From the NCBI GenBank assembly GCA_024679065.1, contig JAGIQG010000022.1, forward strand, positions 32,922,001 through 32,986,000: a stretch of 64,000 nt of DNA, in the 5' to 3' direction. Position 1 is the first letter of the stretch; each line of letters starts with the position of its first letter. This document shows positions 62,356 through 64,000 of the stretch, one piece after another. The translations under genes and the position numbers were made by a program. Source of the DNA: Sphyrna mokarran. Taxonomy: Eukaryota. A model generated the notes under the pieces. It was given only the letters and a program-made list of their open reading frames with translations, was not told the DNA's origin and did not search any database.

Positions 62356-64000
62356 TCATAGAATCATAGAAAAACTACAGCACAAACAGGCCCTTTGGCC
62401 AACAAGTTGCGCTGATCATATCTCTACCTACTAGGCTTACCTATAACCCTCACTCCTATTAAATCCCATGTACTCATCTAAAAGTCTCTTAAAAGAGCTG
62501 ATCGAATCCACCTCCACCACCGTTGCTGGCAGCCCGTTCCCCACACCTACCACTCTGTGAATGAAAAACTTACCCCTGACATCTCTATACCTACCCCCCA
62601 GCACTTCAAACCTGTGTCCTCTTGTGACAGCCATTTCAGCCTTGGGGAAAAAACCTCTGAGAATTCACCTGATCAATACCTCTCAACATCTTATAAACCT
62701 CTATCAGGTCATCTCTCATCCTCCGTCTCTCCAAGGAGAAAAGGTCTCTCAACCTATCTTTAAGGCATGCCACCCAATCCAGCAACATACTTGTAAATCT
62801 CCTCTGCACCCTTTCAATGGCTTCCACATCCTTTCTGTTATGAGGCAACCAGAGTTGAGCACAGTACTCCACGTGGTGTCTGACCAGAGTGTTATAAAGC
62901 TGCAGCATTACCTCCCGACTCCTAAACTCAACTCCTCGATTGATGAAGGCCAGTACACCATATGCCTTCTTAACCACATCCTCTACCTGCAAAGCCAATT
63001 TGAGAGTCCTATGAACATGTACCCCAAGATCCTCCTGATCTTCCACACTGCTAAGAGTCTTACTCTTAATATTATATTCCTTCATCCCATTTGACCTACC
63101 AGAATATATTACCATACGATTATCTGGTTGAAATCCATCTACCACTTCTCCGCCCAGTCTTGCATCTTATCTATGTCATGCTGCAATTTTTGACATCCCT
63201 CCAAACTATCCACAGCACCTCCAACCTTCATGTCATTGGCACGCTTAACCAATCCATCCCTCCACTTCTTCATCCAGGTCATTTATAAAAAATCACAAAC
63301 AGCAAGGGTCCCAGGACAGATCCCTGGCACACTCCACTGGTGACTAACCTCCATCTGCAACCACACTCTGTCTCCTGTGGGCAGGCCAGTTCTAGATCCA
63401 CAAAGCAACGTCCCTTTGGATCCCATGCCCCCTTATTTTCTCAATAAGTCTTGCATGGGGGACCTTATTGACTGCCTTGCTGAAATCCATATAAACCACA
63501 TCCACCACTCTTCCTTCATCAATGTTTTAGTCACATTCAAAAAACTCAACCAGGGTTGTAAGACATGGTCTGCCTTTGACAAAGCTGTGCTGACTACTTT
63601 TGATCATACTATACTTCTTCAAATATTCATAAATCCTGTCTCTCAGAATCTTTTCTGTCAACTTACCAACCACTGAGGTTAGACTCACCAGTTGATAATT
63701 TCCTGGGCTATCTTTATTCCCTTTCTTGAATAGAGGAACCACACCCACAATCCTCCCGAACTCCTCCCGTCAGCATCAACAACGCAAAGATCATCGCCAG
63801 AGGCTCTGCAATTTCTTCCCTCACCTCCCACAGTAACCTGGGATACATCCTATCCGGTCTCGGTGACTTATCAATCTTGATGCTATTCAAAAGCTCCAAT
63901 ACATCCTCTTTCTTAATGTCCACATACTCAAGCTTTTCAGTTTGTCGCAAGCCTGCACTACAACTACCAAGATCTTTTTCCACCGTGAATACTGAAGTAA
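62356..64000 (-). mobile_element. CR1 (HER1-like) LINE, frameshifted RT domain, running off the window end
   Basis: VVPLFKKGNKDSPGNYQLVSLTSVVGK and EVMLQLYNTLVRHHVEYCAQLW...IERVQRRFT; catalytic KFADD decayed to KRAND; (TTCTATGA)n tail. Confidence 0.95.

Noticed and set aside
62561-63094. Longest ORF (177 aa, + strand)
   Set aside because: Antisense shadow of the CR1 RT on the minus strand
1-64000. CRISPR array, operon or other prokaryotic system
   Set aside because: No regularly spaced repeats or dense coding; the content is vertebrate interspersed repeats

Overview
AT-rich, CpG-depleted vertebrate genomic DNA, very probably from a shark (elasmobranch): it carries HE1-type V-SINEs, SacSINE1-type DeuSINEs, AmnSINE2-like SINEs, many CR1- and L2-clade LINE fragments and Penelope-like relics. 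I recognise no host protein-coding exon, RNA gene or prokaryotic system. The listed ORFs are either retroelement remnants or chance. An apparent T excess on the + strand in unique sequence suggests a long intron of a + strand gene. Points worth follow-up: (1) candidate phase-0 alternative first exons, one behind a perfect ISRE and one behind a TCF/RUNX/FOX/E-box/ETS cluster; (2) decayed Penelope minimal hammerhead ribozymes, with an intact core reconstructable from two copies; (3) several locally templated fold-back insertions; (4) modular and chimeric SINEs. Repeat family names come from recalled consensus sequences, not a database search, and repeat boundaries are approximate.
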